Origin: an uncultured Pseudomonadota bacterium
GTDB lineage: Bacteria > Myxococcota_A > UBA796 > SXON01
Direction: 5' to 3'
DNA: 64,000 nucleotides
Assembly: GCA_903844155.1 (NCBI GenBank)
Contig: CAIMSU010000103.1
Span: 2,491-66,490, forward strand
Positions 1 through 11,003 of this stretch are shown piece by piece. Made by a program: the position numbers and the translations under genes. How positions within the stretch are numbered: the first letter of the stretch is position 1; each line of letters begins with the position of its first letter. Under the pieces are notes generated by a model. It searched no databases, was not told the origin of the DNA, and saw nothing but the letters and a program-made list of their open reading frames with translations.

Positions 1-47
1 GCCTCGACGCGCTGACGCTCACCCTCTCGAATCCCGGCCGTTCGTAG
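1..47 (+). CDS. atpH: 3' end of probable ATP synthase delta subunit (partial)
   Basis: Frame reads LDALTLTLSNPGRS* and ends just upstream of atpA, matching the standard atpH-atpA order. Confidence 0.55.
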   Translation, partial: LDALTLTLSNPGRS

Positions 48-92
48 CCGCTTTTTCTCCCCGCTTACCCGCCCGAATCAGGAGCCGCCCCC

Positions 93-1622
93 ATGGACAT
101 CCGCGCCGAAGAGATCAGCCAGATCCTCAAGCAGCAGATCAAGAACTACGACGCCCGCGTGGCGGTCAGCGAGACCGGCACGGTGCTCAAGGTCGGCGAC
201 GGCATCGCCCGCATCTACGGCCTGGAAAACGCCCTCGCCGGCGAGCTGCTGGAGTTCCCGGGCGGGTTGAAGGGCATGGTGCTGAACCTTGAAGAGGACA
301 ACGTCGGCGTCGCGATCTTCGGCGACGACAAGACCATCAAGGAAGGCGACGTCGTCAAACGCACGGGCGAGATCGTCTCCGTGCCCGTCGGCCCGGCCAC
401 CCTCGGCCGCGTCGTGGACGCGCTCGGCAACGCCATCGACGGTGGCCCGCCGATCCCTCGCGACATCATGCGCCAGGTCGAGCTCAAGGCCCCCGGCATC
501 GTCGCCCGCAAGTCCGTCCACGAGCCGCTCGAGACTGGCATCAAGGCCATCGACGGCATGATCCCCGTCGGCCGCGGCCAGCGCGAGCTCATCATCGGCG
601 ACCGGCAGACGGGCAAGACCGCCGTCGCCATCGACACCATCATCAACCAGCGTCAGTTCTTCGACGACCCCGTCAAGAAGATGCACTGTGTCTACGTTGC
701 CGTCGGCCAGAAGCAGTCCACGATCGCGCAGGTCGTCGAGAAGCTCAAGCAGTACGACGCGCTCAAGTACACGACGATCGTGGCGGCGCCTGCGTCCTCG
801 CCCGCCCCGCTCCAGTTCATCGCCTGCTACACCGGCGCGACCATCGGCGAGTACTACCGCGACAACGGCATGCACGCGCTCATCGTCTACGACGATTTGT
901 CCAAGCAGGCCGCGGCATATCGCCAGCTCTCGCTCCTGCTCCGTCGCCCGCCCGGCCGCGAGGCGTACCCCGGCGACGTCTTCTATTTGCACAGCCGTCT
1001 GCTCGAGCGCGCCTGCAAGGTCAACGACGCGTTGGGCGCGGGTAGCTTGACCGCCCTGCCGATCATCGAGACGCAGGCCGGCGACGTTTCGGCGTACATC
1101 CCCACGAACGTCATCTCCATCACCGACGGCCAGATCTTCCTGGAGACGAACCTTTTCTACGCCGGTGTTCGCCCGGCCGTGAACGTCGGCCTCTCGGTCT
1201 CCCGCGTCGGCGGCTCGGCCCAGCTCCAGGCGATGAAGGACGTCGCCGGCACGCTCAAGCTCACGCTCGCGACGTACCGCGAATTGCAGGCGTTCTCCGC
1301 CTTCGGTTCGGATCTCGACGAGGTCACCCGCAAGCAGCTCAACCGCGGCGCCCGCTTGGTCGAGCTCCTCAAGCAGGACCAGTACTCGCCGGTCCCGATG
1401 GAGCTGCAGTGCATCCAGATCGTCTGCGGCACCGAGGGCGTGTACGACGACGTCGCGGTCAACGACGTTCGCCGGTTCATCGGCGATCTGACGAGCTACT
1501 TTGAGGGCCACGAATACACCGTCGAGCTGCGCAGCAAGCTCACCGCCAAGTTCCGCGCCGGTGGCGACCTGCGTGAAAAAGTCCTCGCCGCCGCTCGCAA
1601 GTTCCGCAGCACCTGGAATTAG
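93..1622 (+). CDS. atpA: F1 ATP synthase alpha subunit
   Basis: [14 protein letters not shown] (Walker A), [34 protein letters not shown]. Confidence 0.99.
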   Translation: MDIRAEEISQILKQQIKNYDARVAVSETGTVLKVGDGIARIYGLENALAGELLEFPGGLKGMVLNLEEDNVGVAIFGDDKTIKEGDVVKRTGEIVSVPVGPATLGRVVDALGNAIDGGPPIPRDIMRQVELKAPGIVARKSVHEPLETGIKAIDGMIPVGRGQRELIIGDRQTGKTAVAIDTIINQRQFFDDPVKKMHCVYVAVGQKQSTIAQVVEKLKQYDALKYTTIVAAPASSPAPLQFIACYTGATIGEYYRDNGMHALIVYDDLSKQAAAYRQLSLLLRRPPGREAYPGDVFYLHSRLLERACKVNDALGAGSLTALPIIETQAGDVSAYIPTNVISITDGQIFLETNLFYAGVRPAVNVGLSVSRVGGSAQLQAMKDVAGTLKLTLATYRELQAFSAFGSDLDEVTRKQLNRGARLVELLKQDQYSPVPMELQCIQIVCGTEGVYDDVAVNDVRRFIGDLTSYFEGHEYTVELRSKLTAKFRAGGDLREKVLAAARKFRSTWN

Positions 1623-1625
1623 CCC

Positions 1626-2531
1626 ATGGCCACGCTCCGCGACATCCGCACCCGCATCGCCTCCGTCAAGAGCACCAAGCAGATCACCAACGCCATGAAG
1701 ATGGTGTCGGCGGCCAAGCTGCGTCGGGCGACGGACGCGGCGGTCTCGGCGCGGCCGTGGCAGGAGACGCTGACGGCCACGCTGCAGCGCGTGGCGGCCG
1801 GGTCGGGCGAGATCGAGCATCCGCTGCGCCAGCCGCACGGCACGCTCCGGAACGTGATGCTCGTCGTCATCAGCTCCGATCGGGGCCTTTGCGGCGGGTT
1901 CAACGGGACGCTCCTCCGGCAGTCGGACGCGTGGATCAAGAACCAGCAGACGCAACCCGTCACCGGGCAGGGCGACGGCGGCCACGTCGCGGTTCGCATC
2001 CGCACCTTCGGCAAGAAGTCCCGGGACTACTTCAAGAACCGCAGCTACGTCGTTGACGAGAGCCGGATCGAGGTCACGACCGTCAACTTCCAGGCCGAGG
2101 TCAGCGCGCTGTCCGACGTCATGGTGTCGAAGTTCACCGCGGGCGAGGTCGACGAGGTCTACGTCGCCTACAACCAGTTCAAGAACACGCTCACGCAGAT
2201 CCCCACCTTCGTACGCGTGCTCCCGCTGTCGATCGAGACGACCGCGGTCGCCGACCCGCACGCTGGCGCCGCGACCGCTGACTACATCTACGAGCCCAAA
2301 GGCGCCGCGATCCTCAACACGCTGCTGCCGCTCTACCTGCGCACGCTGCTCCTCCAGTGTTTCCTGGAGACGGGTGCTGGCGAGCAGGCCGCGCGCATGA
2401 CCGCGATGGACAACGCCACGCGCAACGCCACGGATCTCATCAAGTCGCTCACGCTCGACTACAACCGCGGTCGCCAGGCGGCGATCACCAAAGAGCTCAT
2501 CGAAATCGTCTCTGGCGCGGAAGCGCTCTAA
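1626..2531 (+). CDS. atpG: F1 ATP synthase gamma subunit
   Basis: QITNAMKMVSAAK, SDRGLCGGFN, ARMTAMDNAT, RQAAITKELIEIVSGA. Confidence 0.99.
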   Translation: MATLRDIRTRIASVKSTKQITNAMKMVSAAKLRRATDAAVSARPWQETLTATLQRVAAGSGEIEHPLRQPHGTLRNVMLVVISSDRGLCGGFNGTLLRQSDAWIKNQQTQPVTGQGDGGHVAVRIRTFGKKSRDYFKNRSYVVDESRIEVTTVNFQAEVSALSDVMVSKFTAGEVDEVYVAYNQFKNTLTQIPTFVRVLPLSIETTAVADPHAGAATADYIYEPKGAAILNTLLPLYLRTLLLQCFLETGAGEQAARMTAMDNATRNATDLIKSLTLDYNRGRQAAITKELIEIVSGAEAL

Positions 2532-3986
<1,455 letters not shown>

Positions 3987-4001
3987 CTGGAGGCCGGCCC
4001 C

Positions 4002-4298
4002 ATGTCCCAACTCAACGTTCGCATCGTCACCCCGCGCGCCATCCTGCTCGACACGATGGCCGACGGCGTCCAGGCGCCCGGTGAGATCGGCGAATTCGGC
4101 GTTCTCCCCTCGCACATCCCGTTCGTCACCACGCTGAAGCCTGGCGTGGTGACCGTGCATGGTGCCCAAGCGGTCGAGGGCACCGTCACCCGGCGCTACA
4201 ATGTTGGGACCGGCTTTGCCGAGGCGGGTCCAGACCGCGTCACCGTGCTCGTGGAGACGTGTGAGGAGATCACCGGGAACGCGATCGCGACGCACTGA
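4002..4298 (+). CDS. atpC: F1 ATP synthase epsilon subunit, short form
   Basis: IVTP...GEFGVLPSHIP...LKPG...GFAE; position after atpD; only 98 aa. Confidence 0.93.
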   Translation: MSQLNVRIVTPRAILLDTMADGVQAPGEIGEFGVLPSHIPFVTTLKPGVVTVHGAQAVEGTVTRRYNVGTGFAEAGPDRVTVLVETCEEITGNAIATH

Positions 4299-4629
4299 CA
4301 GCGCCGGTGCGAGTCGTTCGGCATCCTTTGGGCGGCTACGTAGGCCCCGCGCCGCGTAACGCCCCTACGCGGAACGCCGCGATGATCCTACGCGGGGAGC
4401 GCCGGCAACGAGAGACCGCGTGCTCTACTCGAGTCATGCCCCCCTCCCAGCTTCGCCCGGCTCGCCGTCTGCGTTGCCGGCAATCCTGGTGCTCGGCGAC
4501 GCCGCGTCCGGCGGACGAAGCCCCGGGGACTGAGCGCGCCAGACGACCTGGGTGTACGCACCCTTTGTGCCGGAACGGCGGTCATGTCCGCTGATCAGGA
4601 GGCTGGACGCGAGGCCGGACGGGTGGGAG

Positions 4630-5640
4630 TCATGGCGCGGAAGGCGGGACGTCGGTACCGTCGCAGACGATGTTGCCGGAGACGGTGAGGCCGCAGCCGA
4701 TACCCCCATGGCCGCCCCTCTGATACTCGGCCCAATGGTCCCCCGAAGGCGCGGGGATGACTTCAAACGCCCCATACCCCCAGCAGTCTGCCTCGCTCCC
4801 ATCGAGGACCACGCCGCATGTGGCGTTGTCACCCGCGCTCAAGCTGGAGAACTGCCCGGCGGCGGGCTCTACGGTCAAGGTGTAGTCGCCACCCCAACAG
4901 GTCGGGTATCCGTCTGCGTCCAGTACGCAACAGTGGTCGATGCCACAAACCATGGAGGTGAAGCCCGAGTCAGTCGGGGTCAAGCTTTTGTAACCGGAAG
5001 CGTTGGTGAAATAGCTGTCATCGGAGCCCCAACAGGTGGGGGTTCCAGCGTCGTCGAGGGCGCCCTGGACCGTCTCCCCCCCCGCTAGTGTGCTGAATGT
5101 TTGACCGTTGGGGGGGAACACCTCACCGTCAGGCGGCGGGGCAGAGAAATTCCCGCCCCAGCAGAGTAGGGCCCCCAGATCGTCAAGGGCACAGCCGTCC
5201 CAGCCGTTCGCTACCACGGCGGTGAACGAACCCGCCGGCGCGGGCCAGTCCGGGTCCCCGGGGAAGCAGGCAATGGCGCCGGATTCATCGAGGACGCAAA
5301 CCCCGAACGCGCCGACGCTCACCTGAGCAACGGTCGTGTCAGGAAGGGAATCGAGCTCCCCGTGGGTGTCCTGCCCCCAGCAGGCGAGCCTGTTGTCATC
5401 GGCGACCGCGCAGCAATCGGCATCGCCGCAGGACAGCGCGATCCATGGCCCGGGGGTGACCGGGGGCCCGGTGTCGTGGGCCGAATCGCCGGCGGAGTCG
5501 TGGCCCGTGTCGGCGCCGCCTGTCTCGGCATTGGATGACGGCGAATCGGAGAGCCTGTCCTTGTGGGACCCGGCCTCGCAGGACCCGACCATCGCCAGCA
5601 GGGCACTCACTCCGGTGTAGGCGATCAGGCGCTCGCTCAT
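4630..5640 (-). CDS. RCC1/BLIP-II-like beta-propeller lipoprotein
   Basis: Lipobox-like MVGSC, DTG/DSA linker, repeated C-x-(L/V)-x-x-x-G-x-x-x-CWG units; ATGA overlap with the upstream gene. Confidence 0.8.
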   Translation of the reverse strand: MSERLIAYTGVSALLAMVGSCEAGSHKDRLSDSPSSNAETGGADTGHDSAGDSAHDTGPPVTPGPWIALSCGDADCCAVADDNRLACWGQDTHGELDSLPDTTVAQVSVGAFGVCVLDESGAIACFPGDPDWPAPAGSFTAVVANGWDGCALDDLGALLCWGGNFSAPPPDGEVFPPNGQTFSTLAGGETVQGALDDAGTPTCWGSDDSYFTNASGYKSLTPTDSGFTSMVCGIDHCCVLDADGYPTCWGGDYTLTVEPAAGQFSSLSAGDNATCGVVLDGSEADCWGYGAFEVIPAPSGDHWAEYQRGGHGGIGCGLTVSGNIVCDGTDVPPSAP

Positions 5641-8468
5641 GATTCCTCCTGCGTCGCTTCGTCGATGTCTTCGGCGTCCCCATCGTCGTCCCAGGCTTCC
5701 TGGTCGTCGTCCGAGTCGAGCCAGGCTGGATGTTGCGGGTCCGCAGGACCGAGCGGGCCGATGGTAGGGCCGGGCGTGAACGGGCCGGGATCGCGGGGAT
5801 CGTTGGTCATCTTGCCGAGTCGCGGGGCGGCTGTGAGTGGGGTGTCAACGGGCTTCCCGAGCGACGCCCCGTTCGACGTGGGGTGGACGTACTCGGCGTT
5901 TGTGAAGATGCAGATCGGCGCCGGCGCCTTGACCGGGTCGGCCGTTCGAACGAGAAACTCAAGCTTGAAGCCGATTCGCGCTTCATCCAGCACCGCAGCG
6001 TGAAAGCCAGCCCACTCCCAGAGCAGGCTGTCACCCGTGGGGTGTGGGTAATGTTGAGCGTCGGTGGTCGAAATGAGCGTCTCGTCGACCAACGGAACGA
6101 CGGAATAGTACTCAAACTCGCTCAAGGACTCCGACGCAAAGGTCACCTCCACCTCGGACGCCAAACCGCTGGTTGGGGCGAAATACTGGTCTACCCAGAA
6201 CAGGTAAGCGTAGGTCCAATCGCCGTGCGTGCCGGCCACCAGCTCGAACCGGATGACGGTCAATCCCTCGCCGTTCTCCAGGATCCTCACAGCATCGGAG
6301 TCGTTGATCAACGCCTTTAGACGACCAAAGGCGAACCAAGCCGGTCGCTGCCAACAATCCGGGTCCTGTTGAAAGTTGTTGCCCGCGCGAAGCTCATTGT
6401 GAAGGCTACACCCCGATGTCGGTCCCCAGTTCGAGTACGAGCCAGAGGTACCGGTATCCAACGGCTCGCAAAAGGTGAACCAGGAGGAGGAGGCGACGCC
6501 CGAGGCTACGTTGACGGCGAGGGTACGGACCACCATGGATGCCTGAAAAATGGTGGTTGTATCGGCGCAATAGCCTGAACCCAGCGCTGCGGTGGTGCTA
6601 CCAGAGGGGTTTGGATCGACCGCCGGGAACCCGATCTCCCCCAACGTGATGTCGAACGTGATCCCAAGCGGATCGCAGACGGCGCGCAGGCCGTCGCGGA
6701 AGGTATGGATGTCCCGCGCCTGCCGCGCGGCGTCCGCGTAGAGTCGATAGTTGCCGGAAGTATTGTCCTGGAACGTCCCGGTCTCGTTATGATCCGACCC
6801 ATGGTACCAGTGGTATCCGAGTTCATGAACAAGGTCCGCAGCGGTCAGACCGAGAGTGTCTATCCCCAAGGGCGAGGCTGGCGGCCAGGAAAAGCCTGCC
6901 AACGTGCAGGCCGCAGTCCACGCTCGGACCGCCGCTCCTGGCACCGCCGCAGTCTGGATTTCGCGCCACCAACCTATCTCCGTGTCCATCGCCTGTACCA
7001 CGGCGCCAAGCCACGACACGCCCTCCGCAAAATCGTCCTCGCCAGCGTCGTCTTTGTGCCACGACGCCAACTCCGCGACCCGAAACCGCATCTTCGGCAA
7101 CAGGTTCCGGATCGGGCCGGCGATGAGCGCACAGTAGCGCCCCGCCTCCGCTGCACCTTGCGCGATCACGTGGGACGTTGAACCGGCATCGGTCACTGGC
7201 GAGCCGGTCGGCCAGAAGCCGTTCAGCTCGTTCCCAAGCTCGATCGCCGCAACGACATGGTAGACCTCGAGGCCGATCCCAAGGTCCCCGAGGGCGAGGT
7301 GGAACTGCGCCAGCCACTCGCCGATACCTGTCGCAAACGCCGCGATCGCCAGACTTTTTCGCCGCGCACACTCCTCGCGGTAGGCAGTGGCGTCCGAAGG
7401 GTATGACCCGTCCCCCGCGACCGTGTCGCCGGTCGGCCAGACGTTCACTGCGTAGAGTTCATGATGCTGAGCCGCGGAGGTCGCGTCCGCAGAAGCAGCC
7501 GCCGGGAAGGCATACGCCGGGTCCCAGTAATCCCAGTAGAGCGGATCCCACCCGTCCGTGCCGGGAATGAGCATTCCGGACTGCCAGCTCGGCTGGCCTG
7601 CCCTCACGTCGCCCCAGCTCGTTGTGTAGGGCCCGCCGGGGTGAGCGCTGGTCCGAAAGGGGCTGGTAGCAGCGCTCGCCGTAAGGGTTGCGGTCGGCTT
7701 GCTCACCCCCCAGTTCAACTTGTCACCGCCGCCGCGGTTGAACGGGGTGAGGTTGACCTTCAGCCCGAGGAACAGACACTTATGGAGGAGCTGGGCGCAG
7801 AAGGCCAAGCGCCCGTAGCCCAGCCCGGTGGTCGGGTCGACCCGGATGTTCTGCAGGATCTCCGATGGGGGCGGAACCACGGCCCCGTTGTCCCAGATGG
7901 GCTTTCCAGCCGCGTACGAGCCGTTCGGGTTGAGTACCTTCGGGTCCGGGTTCGGGTTCGGAAAAAGGCAGCCCCAATAGACATCGCACGCCTCCACGCG
8001 CCGGAGGGTGTCCCCGCCCATGTCCGCGATGTCGGCGGCGATGTCGCCGTAGGTCCCGAGGCGGTGCTCGTCGCTGTCTTGTGTCCCGTCATCGCGCGGG
8101 TACACGCCCTCGGCCACCCCGAACCGGTACGTGCCGGCCATCGCGCCCACCCCAAACCCGACCGCGTCCAACTCTCGCTCCTCGCGTCGGCTCGCGCCAC
8201 GCCGCGCGTGCATGACCCCAGAAATCAACGAGGCCGCAACGGCTTCGTCCGCCGCCGACCAATGCGCGTGCGGCTCGACGCCGCGCGCGCGCAGGGCGGC
8301 GAACAGCTTCCGGACCGTCGTCGACCCGGTCCATTCGGGCCGCCGAACCTCGATATCCAGCACGGAGCAGCCCGGTCCGCCCGGCGTCAGGAGCGCCCCC
8401 GCGTCCCTCGCCGCCGCCCCGTGCGCCTTGGACCAGTCGATCGGCTCGATCCGCCCGAATTGGCTCAC
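5637..8468 (-). CDS. Large hypothetical protein with a clan GH-A-like glycoside hydrolase core
   Basis: Start moved to GTG 8468 (GGAG upstream; avoids overlap with 8497-8925); motifs IELGNELN, LGYHWY, ITLGEIGFP; no signal peptide seen. Confidence 0.65.
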   Translation of the reverse strand: MSQFGRIEPIDWSKAHGAAARDAGALLTPGGPGCSVLDIEVRRPEWTGSTTVRKLFAALRARGVEPHAHWSAADEAVAASLISGVMHARRGASRREERELDAVGFGVGAMAGTYRFGVAEGVYPRDDGTQDSDEHRLGTYGDIAADIADMGGDTLRRVEACDVYWGCLFPNPNPDPKVLNPNGSYAAGKPIWDNGAVVPPPSEILQNIRVDPTTGLGYGRLAFCAQLLHKCLFLGLKVNLTPFNRGGGDKLNWGVSKPTATLTASAATSPFRTSAHPGGPYTTSWGDVRAGQPSWQSGMLIPGTDGWDPLYWDYWDPAYAFPAAASADATSAAQHHELYAVNVWPTGDTVAGDGSYPSDATAYREECARRKSLAIAAFATGIGEWLAQFHLALGDLGIGLEVYHVVAAIELGNELNGFWPTGSPVTDAGSTSHVIAQGAAEAGRYCALIAGPIRNLLPKMRFRVAELASWHKDDAGEDDFAEGVSWLGAVVQAMDTEIGWWREIQTAAVPGAAVRAWTAACTLAGFSWPPASPLGIDTLGLTAADLVHELGYHWYHGSDHNETGTFQDNTSGNYRLYADAARQARDIHTFRDGLRAVCDPLGITFDITLGEIGFPAVDPNPSGSTTAALGSGYCADTTTIFQASMVVRTLAVNVASGVASSSWFTFCEPLDTGTSGSYSNWGPTSGCSLHNELRAGNNFQQDPDCWQRPAWFAFGRLKALINDSDAVRILENGEGLTVIRFELVAGTHGDWTYAYLFWVDQYFAPTSGLASEVEVTFASESLSEFEYYSVVPLVDETLISTTDAQHYPHPTGDSLLWEWAGFHAAVLDEARIGFKLEFLVRTADPVKAPAPICIFTNAEYVHPTSNGASLGKPVDTPLTAAPRLGKMTNDPRDPGPFTPGPTIGPLGPADPQHPAWLDSDDDQEAWDDDGDAEDIDEATQEES

Positions 8469-8496
8469 GGCCGCTCCACGTCGCGATCCTCGCCCA

Positions 8497-8925
8497 CTAC
8501 GTCCGCAACCGGAACGCCCCGGCGGCGGTGACGTAGCCACTCTCGATGTTCGTGCCCGAGGCGTTCTGCACCGCCAGCGCGTAGCGCATCTTGACGCCGA
8601 GCTTGGTGACGTCGTTGAAGTCGGCCTGGATCGTGGGCGCGGCGCTGCCGGCTGCGGTGAAGGCAAACAGCGCGAACGGCGCCGACCACACCCGCGCGTC
8701 GATGCTCCAATACCCGACGATCTGCCACTGGAACTGCGGCGTGACGTTGTCGCCGTGCGTGTGGAAGCTGATCGCCTCCACGTGGGGTCCAAGGTCAGTG
8801 CCGTCAGCGACATCGATGTCGATGTAGCGCGGTGTCGCGACGAGGCCGTTGGTCTGGGCGAAGTACTCGAACAAAAACGGGATCACGCGGACTTTGCCGG
8901 TTCCCTGGGTGAGCTGGAGGGCCAT
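8497..8925 (-). CDS. Small beta-rich hypothetical protein
   Basis: 142 aa, protein-like composition, alternating hydrophobic strands; first gene of a three-gene minus-strand unit. Confidence 0.75.
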   Translation of the reverse strand: MALQLTQGTGKVRVIPFLFEYFAQTNGLVATPRYIDIDVADGTDLGPHVEAISFHTHGDNVTPQFQWQIVGYWSIDARVWSAPFALFAFTAAGSAAPTIQADFNDVTKLGVKMRYALAVQNASGTNIESGYVTAAGAFRLRT

Positions 8926-8997
8926 TGTGCGGTTCTCGGGGTGGAGCCTCGTCGGCGAGATGCCGGCGATGAACGCAGGTTAGCGTGCCCTAGTCTG

Positions 8998-9204
8998 TCA
9001 AGGGGTTTTTTGGTCTTTTTTCATGGCCCCCCGCTCACCCTTGTCGGCGACGCTGTCCGACTCGTCGGCGTCGGTGTCGGCCGCGGAGTCCGGGACGGAG
9101 TCGGAGAAGGAGTCCGCGGAGGTTGAATCCGCGGTTGAAACAACTGAATCGGGCGGCAGTGCCGTGCGGCAAGCGACAAGGAGGGCGAGCAAACCGAGGG
9201 TCAT
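8998..9204 (-). pseudogene. Short, possibly truncated lipoprotein (signal plus Asp/Ser linker only)
   Basis: MTLGLLALLVAC lipobox, DS-rich linker, then ends in an A-rich tract; ATGA overlap with 9201-9602. Confidence 0.5.
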
Positions 9205-9602
9205 GGAGCCATCGTAGCCCCAACCCCCATCCCCGCCCACACCAGGATCAGCGGCACCCAGAGCACCAGCGCGTCGGGGTTGTCGTTGAGCGCCGCCGCC
9301 AGCAGGATCAACGCGCCAAATCCGTGGCTCACGAGGACGAACCGTCGCAACCAGAGCGGTGGGCGACGCACGTTGAGCAGCAGCAGGCCCCCGCTGACAC
9401 CGCAGGCGAACGCCGCGACGACCACCAGGAGAGCGAGGAAGGCCAGCGCACCGCCCGACCACATCCCCGCGTAGCTCCCACACAATCCCACAAACGCCCC
9501 GCCGACCACGTCCACCACACCGACCGTCACGCGGAGCAGAACCCGGAGCACGGGCGTTCGGGAGGGCTCGCCAGGGTCGCTTGGCGGGTGGGACCCGGAC
9601 AT
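9201..9602 (-). CDS. Small membrane protein (about 4 TM segments)
   Basis: Hydrophobic segments; tightly packed with neighbours. Confidence 0.65.
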   Translation of the reverse strand: MSGSHPPSDPGEPSRTPVLRVLLRVTVGVVDVVGGAFVGLCGSYAGMWSGGALAFLALLVVVAAFACGVSGGLLLLNVRRPPLWLRRFVLVSHGFGALILLAAALNDNPDALVLWVPLILVWAGMGVGATMAP

Positions 9603-9603
9603 C

Positions 9604-10275
9604 TCAGTGCGGCAGCCGGTCGAGCGTGTCAGAGTCCAGAACCGTGGTGTGAGAGGCCTTGCTGGTGTCGACCACCCCTGGCGTGTCGACCATCATCCCC
9701 ACGAAGGCCAGCCCGGAGCGCATGTTCACGACGATACGGCTGGCCTTTTCGAGCTTCGCCGGCACGACGACGGGGTCCAAGCCGCCATACGCAAAGCTCC
9801 ACACCCACTTTCCGGGCGGCAGACCGTGAAAAACCACGCCGCCGTCGTCGTCCGTGGTCCCCGAGACCGCTGTGCCTCCCGGCCCGGTGCCCGTCACCGC
9901 CACGCCGGGGATGGGAAGCTCCGTCTCGTCCTGAACGACCACGGTCACGTCGCCCGCAGCCCCGGCGACCTCGCGCACGTCGACGTTCTCGCGACATTCG
10001 CCAGGCGGAGGCGTGACGACGTCGTGCTTGGGTCCACACGCGGCCAGCCCGACCGCGAGCGCGGCCGCGTGCAGCACCCGCCCGTCAAAAGCGCGACGCA
10101 CCTGCACACACAAGCGACCTGGACCCGCAACCGCGCGCTCGGCCTCATCCTCCGTCATCGCGGAGAGGTTGACGACGACGTGGTCGCACGTGGCACAGCG
10201 TCGCTCTCGCTCACCCGGCGCCAGGCGAATCGTGGGGTCCGGGCAGGGACCGGCGATGACGACGGGGGTCCGCAT
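9604..10275 (-). CDS. Carboxypeptidase-regulatory-like domain protein with Cys-rich N-terminus
   Basis: CATCDHVVVNLSAMT...LCV N-terminus; PIPGVAVT...TTDDDG...GLPPG beta-sandwich. Confidence 0.75.
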   Translation of the reverse strand: MRTPVVIAGPCPDPTIRLAPGERERRCATCDHVVVNLSAMTEDEAERAVAGPGRLCVQVRRAFDGRVLHAAALAVGLAACGPKHDVVTPPPGECRENVDVREVAGAAGDVTVVVQDETELPIPGVAVTGTGPGGTAVSGTTDDDGGVVFHGLPPGKWVWSFAYGGLDPVVVPAKLEKASRIVVNMRSGLAFVGMMVDTPGVVDTSKASHTTVLDSDTLDRLPH

Positions 10276-10278
10276 CGC

Positions 10279-10914
10279 CTATCCGGCCGCCTGGAACACG
10301 CAAAACGCCGCCCCCTGTGGGTCCAGCAACGTGTCAAAGGACCCAAACCCTGACGCCTCCACGTCGGCAGCCTCCACGCGCGCGCCCAACCCCAACGCCC
10401 GCTCCCGCACGGCGTGTCGATCCGCGACGAGTACGTGGCAGAGCCACTGATCGTGGGTCCCCGACACCAGCGAACCGACCTGCTCCTCGCCCCGCCAGAG
10501 TCCCCCGCGGGCCGGCACGGTCAACCCAACGGTCGCCGCCAGCCACGCCCCCGAGGCCGAAACATCGGTGGACTCCAGGATGTGCCACACAAACAGGTCC
10601 CGCCCCTCCGCCGCCGAGGCGACCGTCGGCACCCCGCGAGGATCGAGCAGGACAATCCCCGGTGGACTCTCCGGCCTGCCCGCCACCCGCCCGCCCGCGC
10701 TCGCCACCGCCCGCGCGCAGGCTTCGGGATCGGCCACGCGCACAAAAGGAGCCCAGTGGGGCACGATCTTGCTGTTCCGGACCCCCGCCACGCGCAGGCC
10801 GTCGACCGCGAAACCTTCCCCGGCCAGCTCCCACCCAAGGAGCTGGTGGTAGAAGGTTCGCGCCGCAGCGGCGTCGGAGGTCAGCAATTCGTGCCAGATG
10901 AATGGGGAGGGCAT
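10279..10914 (-). CDS. VOC/glyoxalase family protein
   Basis: FIWHELLTSD..AARTFY..LLGW, DPQGAAF; start at ATG 10914. Confidence 0.85.
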   Translation of the reverse strand: MPSPFIWHELLTSDAAAARTFYHQLLGWELAGEGFAVDGLRVAGVRNSKIVPHWAPFVRVADPEACARAVASAGGRVAGRPESPPGIVLLDPRGVPTVASAAEGRDLFVWHILESTDVSASGAWLAATVGLTVPARGGLWRGEEQVGSLVSGTHDQWLCHVLVADRHAVRERALGLGARVEAADVEASGFGSFDTLLDPQGAAFCVFQAAG

Positions 10915-10955
10915 GGTGGAAGCGTAGCGCGGTTGCCGGACGCAACCGCCTTTGT

Positions 10956-11002
10956 GTTCCGATCTGGGGTAGTCAGTTCCTATTTGTGGTACAAATCGGA
11001 AC
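10956..11002. promoter_or_regulatory. Operator-like inverted repeat between divergent genes
   Basis: GTTCCTATTTGT-ggt-ACAAATCGGAAC (11/12 arm match) plus a related half-site GTTCCGATCTGG at 10956. Confidence 0.5.
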
Positions 11003-11003
11003 C

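Noticed and set aside
8469-8813. N-terminal extension of the 1058-aa ORF
   Set aside because: Arg/Ser-rich off-frame overlap with the better ORF at 8497-8925; a GGAG supports the start at 8468
4493-9054. TCGGCGACGC at both sides of the trio as a target-site or att repeat
   Set aside because: A 10-bp GC-rich match is expected by chance, and no integrase is present
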